From: a virus
Lineage: Duplodnaviria > Heunggongvirae > Uroviricota > Caudoviricetes
Length of the DNA stretch: 64,000 bases
Reading direction: 5' to 3' (one strand)
IMG/VR virus record: IMGVR_UViG_3300017963_002532
Span: 1-64,000 of that record
Below are positions 16,403 through 26,191 of this stretch, in pieces. The notes under the pieces were generated by a model. It was not told where the DNA came from. It saw only the letters and a list, made by a program, of their open reading frames with translations, and did no database searches. The stretch's first letter is position 1. Each line of letters starts with the position of its first letter. The position numbers and the translations under genes are program-made.

Positions 16403-16578
16403 GCTATGATGAACCCCAATCCAGTGAGCGCCATCACAGCGGCGACCATGAGCACGCCGACAAAGGCGCAGAATGCGGCGAACCCCTCTTCGTTGTTGAT
16501 GGCTGCGATGACGAAGCCAACCCCGGCAAGAAGGAAAAAGAACACTGCGATGAAGATGAGAATGCCAATGACTATCAT
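16399..16578 (-). CDS. small hydrophobic membrane protein (59 aa)
   Basis: not in ORF table (<60 aa); ATGA overlap with upstream gene; MIVIGILIFIAVFFFLLAGVGFVIAAINNEEGFAAFCAFVGVLMVAAVMALTGLGFIIA. Confidence 0.4.
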   Translation of the reverse strand: MIVIGILIFIAVFFFLLAGVGFVIAAINNEEGFAAFCAFVGVLMVAAVMALTGLGFIIA

Positions 16579-16886
16579 GCCGACCTCTCTGCGGTAGTGC
16601 CGTCGGGAAGGGTCACGACAATGTGCCGCACGTCGGTCGTCATCGTGCTCTTACCCTCTTTTACCGGGTGATCAAACCACATACTCCACCCCGGGCGAAC
16701 GATGTTCCACGCGATTCTGGTCTTCGCAGGACCGTTGACACAACGCTTGCCCCCGTCATCGACCGTGAGTCCCTCGGACGTGATTATGAACGTATACCGG
16801 GTATTGCGTGTCTCTGCCTCGATCTTGGTTCCGACGGGCAGATCGGGGAAATTCACTCCATTGTCTTGGTCAAACAGATCCATCAA
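16575..16886 (-). CDS. hypothetical protein (103 aa)
   Basis: clean ORF. Confidence 0.5.
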   Translation of the reverse strand: MMDLFDQDNGVNFPDLPVGTKIEAETRNTRYTFIITSEGLTVDDGGKRCVNGPAKTRIAWNIVRPGWSMWFDHPVKEGKSTMTTDVRHIVVTLPDGTTAERSA

Positions 16887-17121
16887 GATCTCCTACGTGT
16901 GTCTCGGGGTCGCCGACTATCATGTCGTGAAGCATCATATCGTCCACGTCACGCTTCACGGCGCGATCCGTGGGTGCTTCGACCCTCACTGTGACGTATT
17001 GCGCTCCACCGAACTTCGCAGTGAGCCAGCGCCAAAGCCGCAATGTTACGACCGCTCCTCCTATACAGGAAAAGACAATCAGCGCCAAGGCAAACACCGG
17101 ATGAACGATGGTCGAATACAT
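16870..17121 (-). CDS. small membrane protein (83 aa)
   Basis: N-terminal TM helix. Confidence 0.5.
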   Translation of the reverse strand: MYSTIVHPVFALALIVFSCIGGAVVTLRLWRWLTAKFGGAQYVTVRVEAPTDRAVKRDVDDMMLHDMIVGDPETHVGDLDGSV

Positions 17122-17402
17122 TACGCTTTCACTTTCCTCTTGCGCGGCTGCACCTTGACCAGTTGCGGCGAGTCGCCACTCTTGTCTACGCGATACCCGC
17201 GCTGACGAAGGAACCGCGTGGCATCCTTACCGGTCAGCTTGGCGATGTGCTGCGGAGGCTTGGAAGAACTCCACGTCACCAGTTGCGGCGAATCGTCACC
17301 CTGAAAGAATGCGTAGTAGCGGAGCGCAGTGGGATTACCCTGAACGCCGCGAGCCAACCGCCCGATGTAGATCAGGTATTCACCTTCTCGCTGCGCCTCC
17401 AT
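17121..17402 (-). CDS. hypothetical protein (93 aa) with internal DSPQLV repeat
   Basis: ATG 17400-17402 with GGAAGGACAAG RBS; table start 17420 is GTG. Confidence 0.5.
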   Translation of the reverse strand: MEAQREGEYLIYIGRLARGVQGNPTALRYYAFFQGDDSPQLVTWSSSKPPQHIAKLTGKDATRFLRQRGYRVDKSGDSPQLVKVQPRKRKVKA

Positions 17403-17518
17403 TACTTCTTGTCCTTCCACGAGTCGTTCCTGTGCTTCTTGCCGCCGCCACGAGTCCCGGCTGCCCAGGACTTTTTGTAGCGCGTGCAGTTTCGCCGCTT
17501 CTTGTTCGGGGAACTCAT
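17402..17518 (-). CDS. possible small Lys/Arg-rich peptide (38 aa)
   Basis: first ORF after the minus-strand promoter at 17566; TAATG coupling to next gene; low complexity. Confidence 0.25.
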   Translation of the reverse strand: MSSPNKKRRNCTRYKKSWAAGTRGGGKKHRNDSWKDKK

Positions 17519-17565
17519 TCTTACTCCGTAAGTGAAAGGGTAAACGGATTTGTTCTTGCCTCAGT

Positions 17566-17578
17566 ATTATAACTCATC
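17566..17578 (-). promoter_or_regulatory. GAGTTATAATACTG promoter-like motif (minus strand), start of leftward transcription block
   Basis: plus text tattataactcat. Confidence 0.5.
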
Positions 17579-17773
17579 GCGGGCGCTTTGTCCCCAGGAT
17601 TTCTCGAATCCCGTTTTGAGATTCAGACGTTCGGATTCAGAGGTCGGAAGGTCGGTCTTGCCAGCGCGTATATATAATAAATGGAAGGTTCTCGTTCAGC
17701 ACCTTCAGTTCTCATTCTGGGACACCCAGAAACGAGTTTTTTCAAAGAAGTGCGACGACAACTAACTTCGATT

Positions 17774-17785
17774 GAGTTATAATAG
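17774..17785 (+). promoter_or_regulatory. GAGTTATAATAG promoter-like motif (plus strand), start of rightward block
   Basis: 35 nt upstream of ATG 17820. Confidence 0.5.
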
Positions 17786-17819
17786 TGAACGAGATGAAAT
17801 CTGCAATCAGGAGATTCAA

Positions 17820-18140
17820 ATGGACAGATTCACCGAAGCCGGACTCGCCGGTCGCATCAAGCAAGCGATCGATGAGCGGCAAACCCTCACGATCCCGGTC
17901 TACGAGACCGAGGAAGGCAAGCTGACGGATCGCACCTTCATCGATCCGCGCTTCATTCGCAAGAATACGAAGGGCGAGTTCTACGTGGTTGCCTACGTCC
18001 AGAAGGGACCCAACCGCTTCGAGAACCGCAGCATTCGCATCAAGAACATGCACCCCGTCACCGTCAACATCGGCGGTCACAACCGCGTCCGCTACTTCTT
18101 CAAGTCCGATGCTCTCAAGCGAAAGGTGAAGAACCTGTGA
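17820..18140 (+). CDS. hypothetical protein (106 aa)
   Basis: AGGAG RBS before ATG 17820; table start 17772 is TTG inside the promoter motif. Confidence 0.55.
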   Translation: MDRFTEAGLAGRIKQAIDERQTLTIPVYETEEGKLTDRTFIDPRFIRKNTKGEFYVVAYVQKGPNRFENRSIRIKNMHPVTVNIGGHNRVRYFFKSDALKRKVKNL

Positions 18141-18715
18141 GCACCCGCGAACCAATCTCTTTCAACTTCCCGTGCGATCGACTCGCGGATCTTGGTGCCT
18201 ACTTCGGTTTGGCAAGCACCAAGACGAGCAAGATGGACACGGCAATTGCTGGCGCAAACTCGTGGGCGAGCTTCATCGACACTCGCATGATCGCTGGCAA
18301 GCGAATCTACCTCGCTGTCAACGACGTGGCGAATGCTCCGACGGGCTTCGACCTACTCAACTGCGACTGGTCGGCGTTCGTGCAGTCGGTTGACCCCCGC
18401 ATTTGGGAGATGCTCACGCATCTGAAACCGAGTCGCAACGTTCCGCCGGAACAGATGAGAATCAGACACATCGGCATCGTAGCGCAAGTTGCACTGATCG
18501 GCTCACTGCCGTTCGCTCGACTGTGCGCGACCTACCCCGAGCGCCGAATGTTCTACTTGGAGTTGCCGAAGCTGGATCTGCTGGACGACAAGACCACGGC
18601 AGACGCTTTGGAGCCCACGAACGAGGTTTTTGAGCCCTTGTTCGGGGCGAATGACGAAACCCCGGCTTACATCCAGGCTATCTCTTTCAAGGGGCTGTTC
18701 AATGGCGCGTCATAA
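18137..18715 (+). CDS. hypothetical protein (192 aa), possible MoxR/VWA-associated third component
   Basis: GTG start overlapping upstream TGA; immediately precedes MoxR-VWA pair. Confidence 0.5.
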   Translation: MSTREPISFNFPCDRLADLGAYFGLASTKTSKMDTAIAGANSWASFIDTRMIAGKRIYLAVNDVANAPTGFDLLNCDWSAFVQSVDPRIWEMLTHLKPSRNVPPEQMRIRHIGIVAQVALIGSLPFARLCATYPERRMFYLELPKLDLLDDKTTADALEPTNEVFEPLFGANDETPAYIQAISFKGLFNGAS

Positions 18716-20072
18716 GAGTATCATCGACGAGTTCATCGCCGCTGGTTACAGCGAGCATGAGGCTCCCCTCCTGGTCGGCACCGCGCTGCGCTGGAACACG
18801 TTGATGTTGGGTGCGCACGGTAACGGCAAGACCACCACCCTCAAGACAATCGCTCGTGCTGTTGCCCGTCTCGACGGCGACGAAGAGCAAGGCTTCCGCT
18901 ACTTCTCCTGTGACAAGGTGAACATGGTGACGCTCGCCGGAATCCCGGACGTCACGGGCGGCAACCTGAGATTCGCCGGAAACAACACGGTGTTCGGAGA
19001 CGACGTGCGTGTCATCGTTCTTGACGAAGTGACTCGTGCCAAGACCGAGCAGCAGAACCAGTTGATGGAGATTCTGGAAGAGAAGACCTGTTTCGGTCTC
19101 CCTCTTAACAAGAACGTATCCATCATCGGTTGCGCGAACCCGACAACGTATTCCGGCACGGTCGAACTGGACCCGGCGTTCTTCGATCGCTTTGCCATCG
19201 TCTTCCGCGTCGGCACGGTGTTGGACGAGGCTGACGAACGCACTGTTCGCCGAGCGATTCGGATCAACAAGAACCGCGAAGCGAAGATGGGCGACGTCAC
19301 CGAGCGGCTTGGCGAGATCATCGTCAGCATCCGTGACAACTACGACGATTTCCTCGCGGATGACGACATCACCGAGCGAGTCGAGAACTACGTGTGCGCT
19401 CTGTGGGTGAGGCTGGACGCGAACCGTCCGGAGATCATCGACAAGGCTGGCGCGAAGGCTCCTCTCTACGTGTCGGATCGTAACGTCATTCACCAGCTTT
19501 ATCACCTTGTTATGGGATTCGCGTCCTACTACAAGGCGATTGGCGACCCGATGTATCTTGTCAAGGGTGCGCACGCAGCGATCAAGTATAACTTGGAACT
19601 GAAGCTGCAAAACAACGAGTTCACCCGGCAGATCGAGCGGGTTCACAACGACATTAAGTTCACCCTGGAAGCGGACGTTTCGACCGCCGAGGGTAAGCTG
19701 CGCCTGGAGTGGGTGTCCATCCGGCACTTCCCGGGCTACATGGACTTCCTGCGCGAGAACGTGAACGAGATGGTCGAGTTGTTCGATCCGGCGGAGTTGA
19801 CCAACATGGTCGGCACCGTTCTCGACACGGCACGGGAAACCAACAACCGGCACGGGCTCGTGGAGATCATGGAAGTGACCCGCGACTGTGCGAAGCCCGA
19901 TGCGTTCGAGCATATCTCGGGTCGCATCGAGTCCGAACTGGTGTTCGCTGTCCTTGACCGTTACATGGATGAGTCCTCGCGGCTGTCGAACCCGACGAAG
20001 CCGTCCTTCGTGGATCTCCGTGACGTCGAGGCTTACCTGGATCGTAGTGCTCGCCCCGAGGTCCAAATCTAA
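18702..20072 (+). CDS. MoxR-like AAA+ ATPase (456 aa)
   Basis: Walker A GAHGNGKTT, Walker B VIVLDEV, sensor region IIGCANPT. Confidence 0.75.
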   Translation: MARHKSIIDEFIAAGYSEHEAPLLVGTALRWNTLMLGAHGNGKTTTLKTIARAVARLDGDEEQGFRYFSCDKVNMVTLAGIPDVTGGNLRFAGNNTVFGDDVRVIVLDEVTRAKTEQQNQLMEILEEKTCFGLPLNKNVSIIGCANPTTYSGTVELDPAFFDRFAIVFRVGTVLDEADERTVRRAIRINKNREAKMGDVTERLGEIIVSIRDNYDDFLADDDITERVENYVCALWVRLDANRPEIIDKAGAKAPLYVSDRNVIHQLYHLVMGFASYYKAIGDPMYLVKGAHAAIKYNLELKLQNNEFTRQIERVHNDIKFTLEADVSTAEGKLRLEWVSIRHFPGYMDFLRENVNEMVELFDPAELTNMVGTVLDTARETNNRHGLVEIMEVTRDCAKPDAFEHISGRIESELVFAVLDRYMDESSRLSNPTKPSFVDLRDVEAYLDRSARPEVQI

Positions 20073-22180
20073 TGAAGAAGCGTGGTGTTCAGTGCGGCGG
20101 CTGTCGTCGTCGCATTGCCGCTCCTGACACTTACAAAGGTGCCTATACTTCTTGCAGGTGTAAGCACCTTACTATCCACCGAGCCGAAGAGGCAACCAAC
20201 CTCTTTATCATTCGGCAGGATAATAAGAAGTGGCAGAGCGTTGCTATCGAGAAGAGAGCCCCGGTGATCTTCGATGAAGACACCATTCCGCCGAACGTGG
20301 AGCGTCCCAACTTCACGACGTCGCGCCGCTACGACGTGTGTGACTTCCCCGCCGAGGCGATGTTCCTCTTCGTGCCGGTCAAGCCCGAAACCCTAGTCGG
20401 CAGACAGGACGCCGGATATCGCGCCGATGAGAATGGGCTACCCCACGACCGCAAGCGGTATTGGGTGTCGTTCCATCCCAACGGTAAGGATCTGGTTCTG
20501 TTTAAGTGGTTGGCGAGAATCCCGCGCAAGGTGCAGGAGGTTCGTCAGCTTGAGTATGACGAGAATGGTTTCCCGGTCGGTAAGATCAACTGGAAGCGTG
20601 CCCGACGCAATCTGAACAAAGCGATTGCCCGCTTGGAGTTGTCCTACCTGGACGCCGTGCGTCTGATCAAGCTGAACGAGCGCGTGCAAACCGCGTGCTG
20701 GTTCTTCGACACTAACACCGGACAGGAAGGGATCTACATTCATCCGATCCTCGCGCAGAAGTCGTTCGTCTTCGCGGAGTTCATCATCAAGCATGAGGTC
20801 ATGCACCGGGCGCTGTTCCGTCCGATGCGCGGCTGCAAAGACAAAGAGTTGGTGAACATCGCTCTTGATATCTGCGTGAACAACGTGCTCGCCCGCAACG
20901 CGACTGGCACTCGTAACAAGAGAATGTTTACCGCGATGCGTTGGTTGTATCCGGAAGAGTCGCGGAAGAATCTCATCGCCCTGTGCAACGGAGCGTTGAC
21001 GCAGCCCGAGGTCGCAGACCTACACCCGGATATGGTGAAGCTGTGGACCGAGCTATGGGGTTCCTTCGCGCCGGGCGGCGGCTACACCGACAAGGACCTG
21101 CCGCCGCTGTCGAAACTCGTTCCAATGTCTCTTTACTACCGGATGAAGCGTATCATCGCCAACGGCAACGCTGGCAAGCAGCAGATGACCGAGCAAGAGG
21201 GAGAGGCTGTCCCGTCCTGGGGCAACCCGTTCGGTCCCGGGGATGACGACAACCCCGACAGCGAGAAGATGCGCAACCCCGATAACGAAGAGATCTCTAC
21301 TTCCGCTGGCGAGAAGATGGAGAAGCAGGTAAAAGACAATGTGCTGAGTGGGGGCAAGCGCCCCGGCTTGCGTCGGATGACCCGCAGAGGTCGTAAGTTC
21401 TCTCGTCAGGCTTCCGGCTTGGCGAAGATCGCCGACTGGTGGGATGCGAACATGCTGAGCCTGGACGAGATCAACGCCCGGCAGATCGAGCAGTTGATCA
21501 AGAAGATGCGCACTGTGCATCTCATCGAAACGACCAAGGCGCGGATTCTCCACCATATTCGTCCGAAGGTGCGACTCGATCCTTACCCGATGGAGTTGAC
21601 CGACGACGGCGTGATGTATATCGCAGCCGGGTTGCGACCGCCCGTGTTCCCGTTCTTCGAGAATACGGATACCGCCAACGCCCGCAAGCGCATCACGGTT
21701 TACTTCGACTTGTCTCCGTCGATGGAAGACGTTCTTGGTCACATCCCGCAGATCCTCGACGTGATCGAGAGCCGCTGCGACGTTGAGTTCGTGACCGGAC
21801 ACACGGTAGATGAGAAGGGTGGCTTCGTGTTCGCCGGATCGATCCAGAAGATCGGTCCCGAAGAGATTGAGAAGATGCGCCAGGGTCGGGTCGGAATCGT
21901 CGGTAACTCGACGTGCTTCGACTCGGTGATGGAGCACGCTATCGATCAGGTGAAAACCAACAACGTTGATATCATCCTCATCGTCACTGATATGCAGTCG
22001 TCCGTCAGCGAGCGCAACATCATGGACTTCAACAAGACGGGCAAGCAATGCTTCACGATGGGGTTGGTCGAGGAAGGAACCGTGTGGGCTGAGACCGCGC
22101 AGAAGACGCTTGAGCGTAGCCGACTGACCAAGCTGCGCGGCGACTGCACGGTTCTCGACCTGCCGAAGTATGAAGGATAA
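20072..22180 (+). CDS. VWA-domain protein with HExxH metallopeptidase-like domain (702 aa; DUF2201-like architecture)
   Basis: MIDAS motif DLSPSM; HEVMH motif; TAATG coupling to MoxR gene. Confidence 0.65.
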   Translation: MKKRGVQCGGCRRRIAAPDTYKGAYTSCRCKHLTIHRAEEATNLFIIRQDNKKWQSVAIEKRAPVIFDEDTIPPNVERPNFTTSRRYDVCDFPAEAMFLFVPVKPETLVGRQDAGYRADENGLPHDRKRYWVSFHPNGKDLVLFKWLARIPRKVQEVRQLEYDENGFPVGKINWKRARRNLNKAIARLELSYLDAVRLIKLNERVQTACWFFDTNTGQEGIYIHPILAQKSFVFAEFIIKHEVMHRALFRPMRGCKDKELVNIALDICVNNVLARNATGTRNKRMFTAMRWLYPEESRKNLIALCNGALTQPEVADLHPDMVKLWTELWGSFAPGGGYTDKDLPPLSKLVPMSLYYRMKRIIANGNAGKQQMTEQEGEAVPSWGNPFGPGDDDNPDSEKMRNPDNEEISTSAGEKMEKQVKDNVLSGGKRPGLRRMTRRGRKFSRQASGLAKIADWWDANMLSLDEINARQIEQLIKKMRTVHLIETTKARILHHIRPKVRLDPYPMELTDDGVMYIAAGLRPPVFPFFENTDTANARKRITVYFDLSPSMEDVLGHIPQILDVIESRCDVEFVTGHTVDEKGGFVFAGSIQKIGPEEIEKMRQGRVGIVGNSTCFDSVMEHAIDQVKTNNVDIILIVTDMQSSVSERNIMDFNKTGKQCFTMGLVEEGTVWAETAQKTLERSRLTKLRGDCTVLDLPKYEG

Positions 22181-22215
22181 AACCTCACTTCGTTCGGTGA
22201 TAATCCGGACGAAGT

Positions 22216-22227
22216 GAGTTATAATAG
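22216..22227 (+). promoter_or_regulatory. GAGTTATAATAG promoter-like motif
   Basis: followed by AGGAGG RBS and ATG 22245. Confidence 0.5.
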
Positions 22228-22244
22228 CAGGAGGAATCCCTACA

Positions 22245-22511
22245 ATGCCAACGAAAGAAGAATTGATCGCCCAATACGAGCGTGAAGACAAGATGCAGGG
22301 GGAGAACTTCGAGTATCTGAAGCGCGTGGTTGCCCACCAGATCAAGGTGCGTAACTGTGACGTCGAAGGAATGATCACCCCATTGGAGAGCTACATCACA
22401 CATTCCTTCTATATCGGTCTGATCGATATGCATCAGGTTGATGAGTTGTTGGACACGCTGAAAAAGCAAGAGAGAGTAGATGAGGGAACTGGTCAAGATC
22501 GTCAAGGTTGA
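22245..22511 (+). CDS. hypothetical protein (88 aa)
   Basis: strong RBS. Confidence 0.55.
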   Translation: MPTKEELIAQYEREDKMQGENFEYLKRVVAHQIKVRNCDVEGMITPLESYITHSFYIGLIDMHQVDELLDTLKKQERVDEGTGQDRQG

Positions 22512-23610
22512 CAGCATCTCCCCGATCAAGGGTGCGGACCGTATCGAGGTCGCGCACATCGGCGGCTGGCAGTGCGTCGTGAAGAAGGGCGAGTTCACGC
22601 CCGGAGCACGCGGCGTCTTCTACGAAATTGATAGCTTCCTCCCGGCGAGTGACAAGCGGTATGCGTTCCTGAAAGAGCGCGGCACCAAGATCATCAAGGG
22701 CACGGAGGGAATGCGCATCAAGACGATGGAGCTGAGGAAGACTCTCAGCCAGGGGCTTCTTCTCCCTACCAGTGAGTTCACCAAGAAGGAATTGCGGTCA
22801 AAGGATCTTGCCGACGCTCTCGGCGTCATCAAGTATGAGCGCAACGTGCCGCACCAGCTACGCGGCGAGATGCGCGGCGACTTCCCTGGGTTCATCCAGA
22901 AGACCAACCAGCCCCGCGTGCAGAACAGCGGCAGAGGTCTCCGAGAGCACGCAGGGGAACGCTTCGAGGTCACGATCAAGATGGACGGCAGCAGCATGAC
23001 CGTCTACCACCGTGACGGCGACGTGGGCGTGTGCAGCCACAACGTCAACCTGAAGGTCTACACCGACCCCCGCAAGTGGTGGGAGAAGCTGCGTGACCGC
23101 CTCCTGCGTCGTCCCCCTCGTAAGGAACCAAATAAGCACAACGCCTTTGTCCGGCTCGCCATTGAGTCCGGCTTGCTTGATATGCTCGCCACGGGTGACT
23201 ACGGCAACGTTGCGATCCAGGGCGAATTAATGGGTCCGAAGATCCAGGGCAACCGCGAAGGTTTCGAGGAACCGATGTTCTTCATCTTCGACGTGTGGGA
23301 TATAGATCGGCAAAGATATCTTCATGGATATGAGAGGTTCGATCTTATCTCCGACCTATTAGATGGTAGCCTTCATTTTGATGAACATATGCACCGGCTT
23401 GCGAACGATACAGCGTGTAAGAATGTGTATCATGTTCCTACTCTTCATCACGAACTCGTTCTCAATCACACCGTAGCGGAGCTACTGGAAATGGCTGACG
23501 GTCATTCACTAAACAATAAGACCCGCGAGGGTCTTGTCTTTAAGAGCCTTGACAGCGACTTCACGTTCAAGGTGATCTCGAACCGCTTCCTTCTGAAAGA
23601 GGAGTCGTAA
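22480..23610 (+). CDS. RNA ligase, DRB0094-like (N-terminal tRNA-binding-like domain plus nucleotidyltransferase domain)
   Basis: N-terminus KIVKVDSISPIKGADRIEVAHIGGWQCVV; lysine-adenylation motif IKMDGSS. Confidence 0.65.
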   Translation: MRELVKIVKVDSISPIKGADRIEVAHIGGWQCVVKKGEFTPGARGVFYEIDSFLPASDKRYAFLKERGTKIIKGTEGMRIKTMELRKTLSQGLLLPTSEFTKKELRSKDLADALGVIKYERNVPHQLRGEMRGDFPGFIQKTNQPRVQNSGRGLREHAGERFEVTIKMDGSSMTVYHRDGDVGVCSHNVNLKVYTDPRKWWEKLRDRLLRRPPRKEPNKHNAFVRLAIESGLLDMLATGDYGNVAIQGELMGPKIQGNREGFEEPMFFIFDVWDIDRQRYLHGYERFDLISDLLDGSLHFDEHMHRLANDTACKNVYHVPTLHHELVLNHTVAELLEMADGHSLNNKTREGLVFKSLDSDFTFKVISNRFLLKEES

Positions 23611-23614
23611 TAGT

Positions 23615-23875
23615 ATGAGCAGCAAAGCAATTATGAATCGCATCGCCGTATGCGCACTTCTAGTCGCAGTAATCCTTTACTTTGGTTCGATCGCATATTC
23701 GAGTGCTCGCACGCCGTCGCTGACGATGAGGGCTTCGTCTGCCGGATTTCAGAGAATTGGCTGTGCCGGTCATTGTGCAATCTACGTCAAGAAGATAGGG
23801 GGCGGGGCGCTTTACCTTGCTACTAGCGGCGCCGATTCTGCTTCTCTTGAGTTCGTGCCGGATAGGAATGACTAA
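23615..23875 (+). CDS. small membrane/secreted protein (86 aa)
   Basis: N-terminal hydrophobic segment. Confidence 0.5.
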   Translation: MSSKAIMNRIAVCALLVAVILYFGSIAYSSARTPSLTMRASSAGFQRIGCAGHCAIYVKKIGGGALYLATSGADSASLEFVPDRND

Positions 23876-23876
23876 C

Positions 23877-24176
23877 ATGACCAAAGACGAAATCGTTGCT
23901 GCGATCGACTTCGGTGTGCGCGAATTTGGACGCTACACTCTGATCGATAAGGGCGCAGACGAAGTAATCGAAACAAGCCCGATTCTCAACCATCTCAAGA
24001 GTCTCGACGGATGCTATGCGGGGGCGTTGCTCATGGAGATTCTTGACCACTACGGCGACGACGACGAAGGTATCGCCGGGCGAGTGGTAGGCGATCTCAT
24101 TTGCGATCTCCAGGAACAGCCCGAAGAGTGGTGGGATGCCATGATGAGTCACAAGAAGTTGCAGGAGCATTTTTAA
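23877..24176 (+). CDS. hypothetical acidic protein (99 aa)
   Basis: ATG 23877 after AGGAATG; table start 23817 judged too early. Confidence 0.5.
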   Translation: MTKDEIVAAIDFGVREFGRYTLIDKGADEVIETSPILNHLKSLDGCYAGALLMEILDHYGDDDEGIAGRVVGDLICDLQEQPEEWWDAMMSHKKLQEHF

Positions 24177-25417
24177 TGCGTAGCATCACCCTCTACAACA
24201 CAACCAGCACCGGCAAGACGAAGGTGCTTGAGGTCTCCGTTGACGGCGACACTCTCACCACGCGCTGGTGGCAAGAAGACAAGGACAAGAAGTCCAAGGT
24301 CCAGGAAACGTCTGAGAAGGGTAAAGCCAAGAACGTCGGCAAGGCAAACGAAATCTCCGCGCCCCAAAACGCGGAGGATTTGTTCGACCGCAAGGTGACG
24401 AAGAAGAAGGAAGAAGGCTACACCGAGAACGAAGCCGACCTAAAGGTCGAGCACGACCCGTTCTCTCTCCCGCGACAGTTCGCACCCGCCAAGCCGAGAG
24501 CGGAGCTTATCACCGATGCCGAACTAGAGGCGCTGATCGACACCGGCAACTGCTGGACGACCGAGAAGCGTGACGGACAGCGTGCGTTCATCTTCAAGAT
24601 GCCTGACGGCTCTGTCCGCGTAATGTCCCGCCGCATGAAAGACTACACGGAGAACGTTCCGCAAATCGTCGCGTCAGTCAAGCACGTGCCCAACGGCTCT
24701 ATCCTTGACGTGGAGCTAATAGCAAGCCAGTATGACGACGACTACGACTACGTTGGCTCCATCTTGCGCTCGAAGCCAGAGAAGGCGCTCGACAAACAAG
24801 AGAAAGCCAAGCGTCCACTCTACGCCTACGTCTTTGACGCGCTGTATTGGGATGGCGACGATATCACTCACTTGTCGTTCCTGGAGCGTCACGAGTTCGT
24901 TGAGCAGGTCGTTCTCTCTGCGTTTACTCCAAACGACTATCTTATGCGCTGTCACCCTCTTCAGGCTCAGAGTGTCAAGCAGGTCAAAGCTGCTTATAAG
25001 ATGGCTCTCAAGGACGGACTGGAAGGCTTTGTCATTTGGGATGGCACCGCACCCACGGTTCTCCGGTATGACGGCAAGCCGAGCCGCAAGGGTGGTGCAT
25101 TCAAACTCAAGCCGGTGCTGGAAGACGACTTTGTGGTGTATGGTTTCGAGCACGGCAAGGGTAAGTATGAGAGGGTAGTCGGCAAGCTACACATTGGACA
25201 ATACAACACCAAGGGGGAGTTCGTTCCCTGGGGCAAGTGTGGCGGATTCGCGGGCGACTCCTCGATCCGAGAGACACTACTGAAGGAAGACCTCACCAGC
25301 GGGACGCTGGTGGTCCAGGTCGAGTTTTCCAAGCGTAACAAGACAGGGCTTCGCTTCCCCGTCATGCAGCGTATACGCCGCGACAAGGCGGCGAGAGAGT
25401 GTATTTACAATGGATAA
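24176..25417 (+). CDS. ATP-dependent DNA ligase (413 aa) with Lys-rich N-terminal extension
   Basis: motif I EKRDGQR (KxDG), DVELIAS, EGFVIWDG, FKLKP; TAATG coupling. Confidence 0.75.
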   Translation: MRSITLYNTTSTGKTKVLEVSVDGDTLTTRWWQEDKDKKSKVQETSEKGKAKNVGKANEISAPQNAEDLFDRKVTKKKEEGYTENEADLKVEHDPFSLPRQFAPAKPRAELITDAELEALIDTGNCWTTEKRDGQRAFIFKMPDGSVRVMSRRMKDYTENVPQIVASVKHVPNGSILDVELIASQYDDDYDYVGSILRSKPEKALDKQEKAKRPLYAYVFDALYWDGDDITHLSFLERHEFVEQVVLSAFTPNDYLMRCHPLQAQSVKQVKAAYKMALKDGLEGFVIWDGTAPTVLRYDGKPSRKGGAFKLKPVLEDDFVVYGFEHGKGKYERVVGKLHIGQYNTKGEFVPWGKCGGFAGDSSIRETLLKEDLTSGTLVVQVEFSKRNKTGLRFPVMQRIRRDKAARECIYNG

Positions 25418-26060
25418 CGAACAGCGTGAGATTCCCGTCGATCGACAGTTCACGCCGCAGCAACTACTTGACGATCTCTCCGCAGCGTGGGATGGGTGTA
25501 AGAAGTGCCCGCTCCACCAGTGTAATACACCCTCGGAAAAGAACCCGTCAGGAAAAGCTATGGGGCGCGGCAACCCCCGGGCGAACATCCTACTAGTGGG
25601 CGAAGCCCTGGGGAGGGGCGAGAGCCAGACTGGCGACGTGTTCCTGCCGACCAGCCCCGCCGGTCGTAAGCTGGCGGAAATCCTCAAGCACTACGGTTTG
25701 ACAACCCGCGTGTATATCACCAACCCCGTTGCGTGCAGAAGCACTCGTAAAGAAGAAAAGACCGGCAAGATCAAGAATACCAAACCCGCGCCCGAGCACG
25801 TGGAAGCGTGCCGCGAGCGGTTCGAGTCCATTGTCAACATCGTGAAACCCCGGCTAACCGTCGCTATGGGAGCCGGAGCTATCGCCGCGCTGACGGGCTA
25901 CACCGGGAGCGTTAAGGACGCGATGGGGCGCGAGTTCTCGACCCCCTTCGGTAAGGTTCTCGCCACTTGTCACCCGATGCTCTACATCTATCGGGCGAAC
26001 GATATGGATTTGATCGCTCGCTCTGACAAAATCTGGAAGTTCATCGCGGAGCACAAATAG
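25410..26060 (+). CDS. uracil-DNA glycosylase superfamily protein, family-4-like (216 aa)
   Basis: CKKCPLHQ Cys cluster; LLVGEALGRGE resembles GEAPG motif; C-terminal CHPM resembles HPS motif. Confidence 0.55.
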   Translation: MDNEQREIPVDRQFTPQQLLDDLSAAWDGCKKCPLHQCNTPSEKNPSGKAMGRGNPRANILLVGEALGRGESQTGDVFLPTSPAGRKLAEILKHYGLTTRVYITNPVACRSTRKEEKTGKIKNTKPAPEHVEACRERFESIVNIVKPRLTVAMGAGAIAALTGYTGSVKDAMGREFSTPFGKVLATCHPMLYIYRANDMDLIARSDKIWKFIAEHK

Positions 26061-26129
26061 TTCGAGTGACAGCGGCGAAGAACTCGTCTCAGAATTAGAC
26101 AGAAAGTTCGGGGAGAAAGGCGTCGAAAT

Positions 26130-26140
26130 GAGTTATAAGG
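26130..26140 (+). promoter_or_regulatory. GAGTTATAAGG promoter-like motif variant
   Basis: 60 nt upstream of 26192. Confidence 0.35.
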
Positions 26141-26191
26141 GTGTAGGAAACGACCCGAACGTCTTCTGGAGATTGTAGAATAGGAATTGAA

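Noticed and set aside
18699-22378. 455-aa and 441-aa minus-strand ORFs
   Set aside because: Antisense to the MoxR ATPase and VWA genes, which carry unambiguous Walker and MIDAS motifs; these frames are Arg/Val/His-rich with no motifs.
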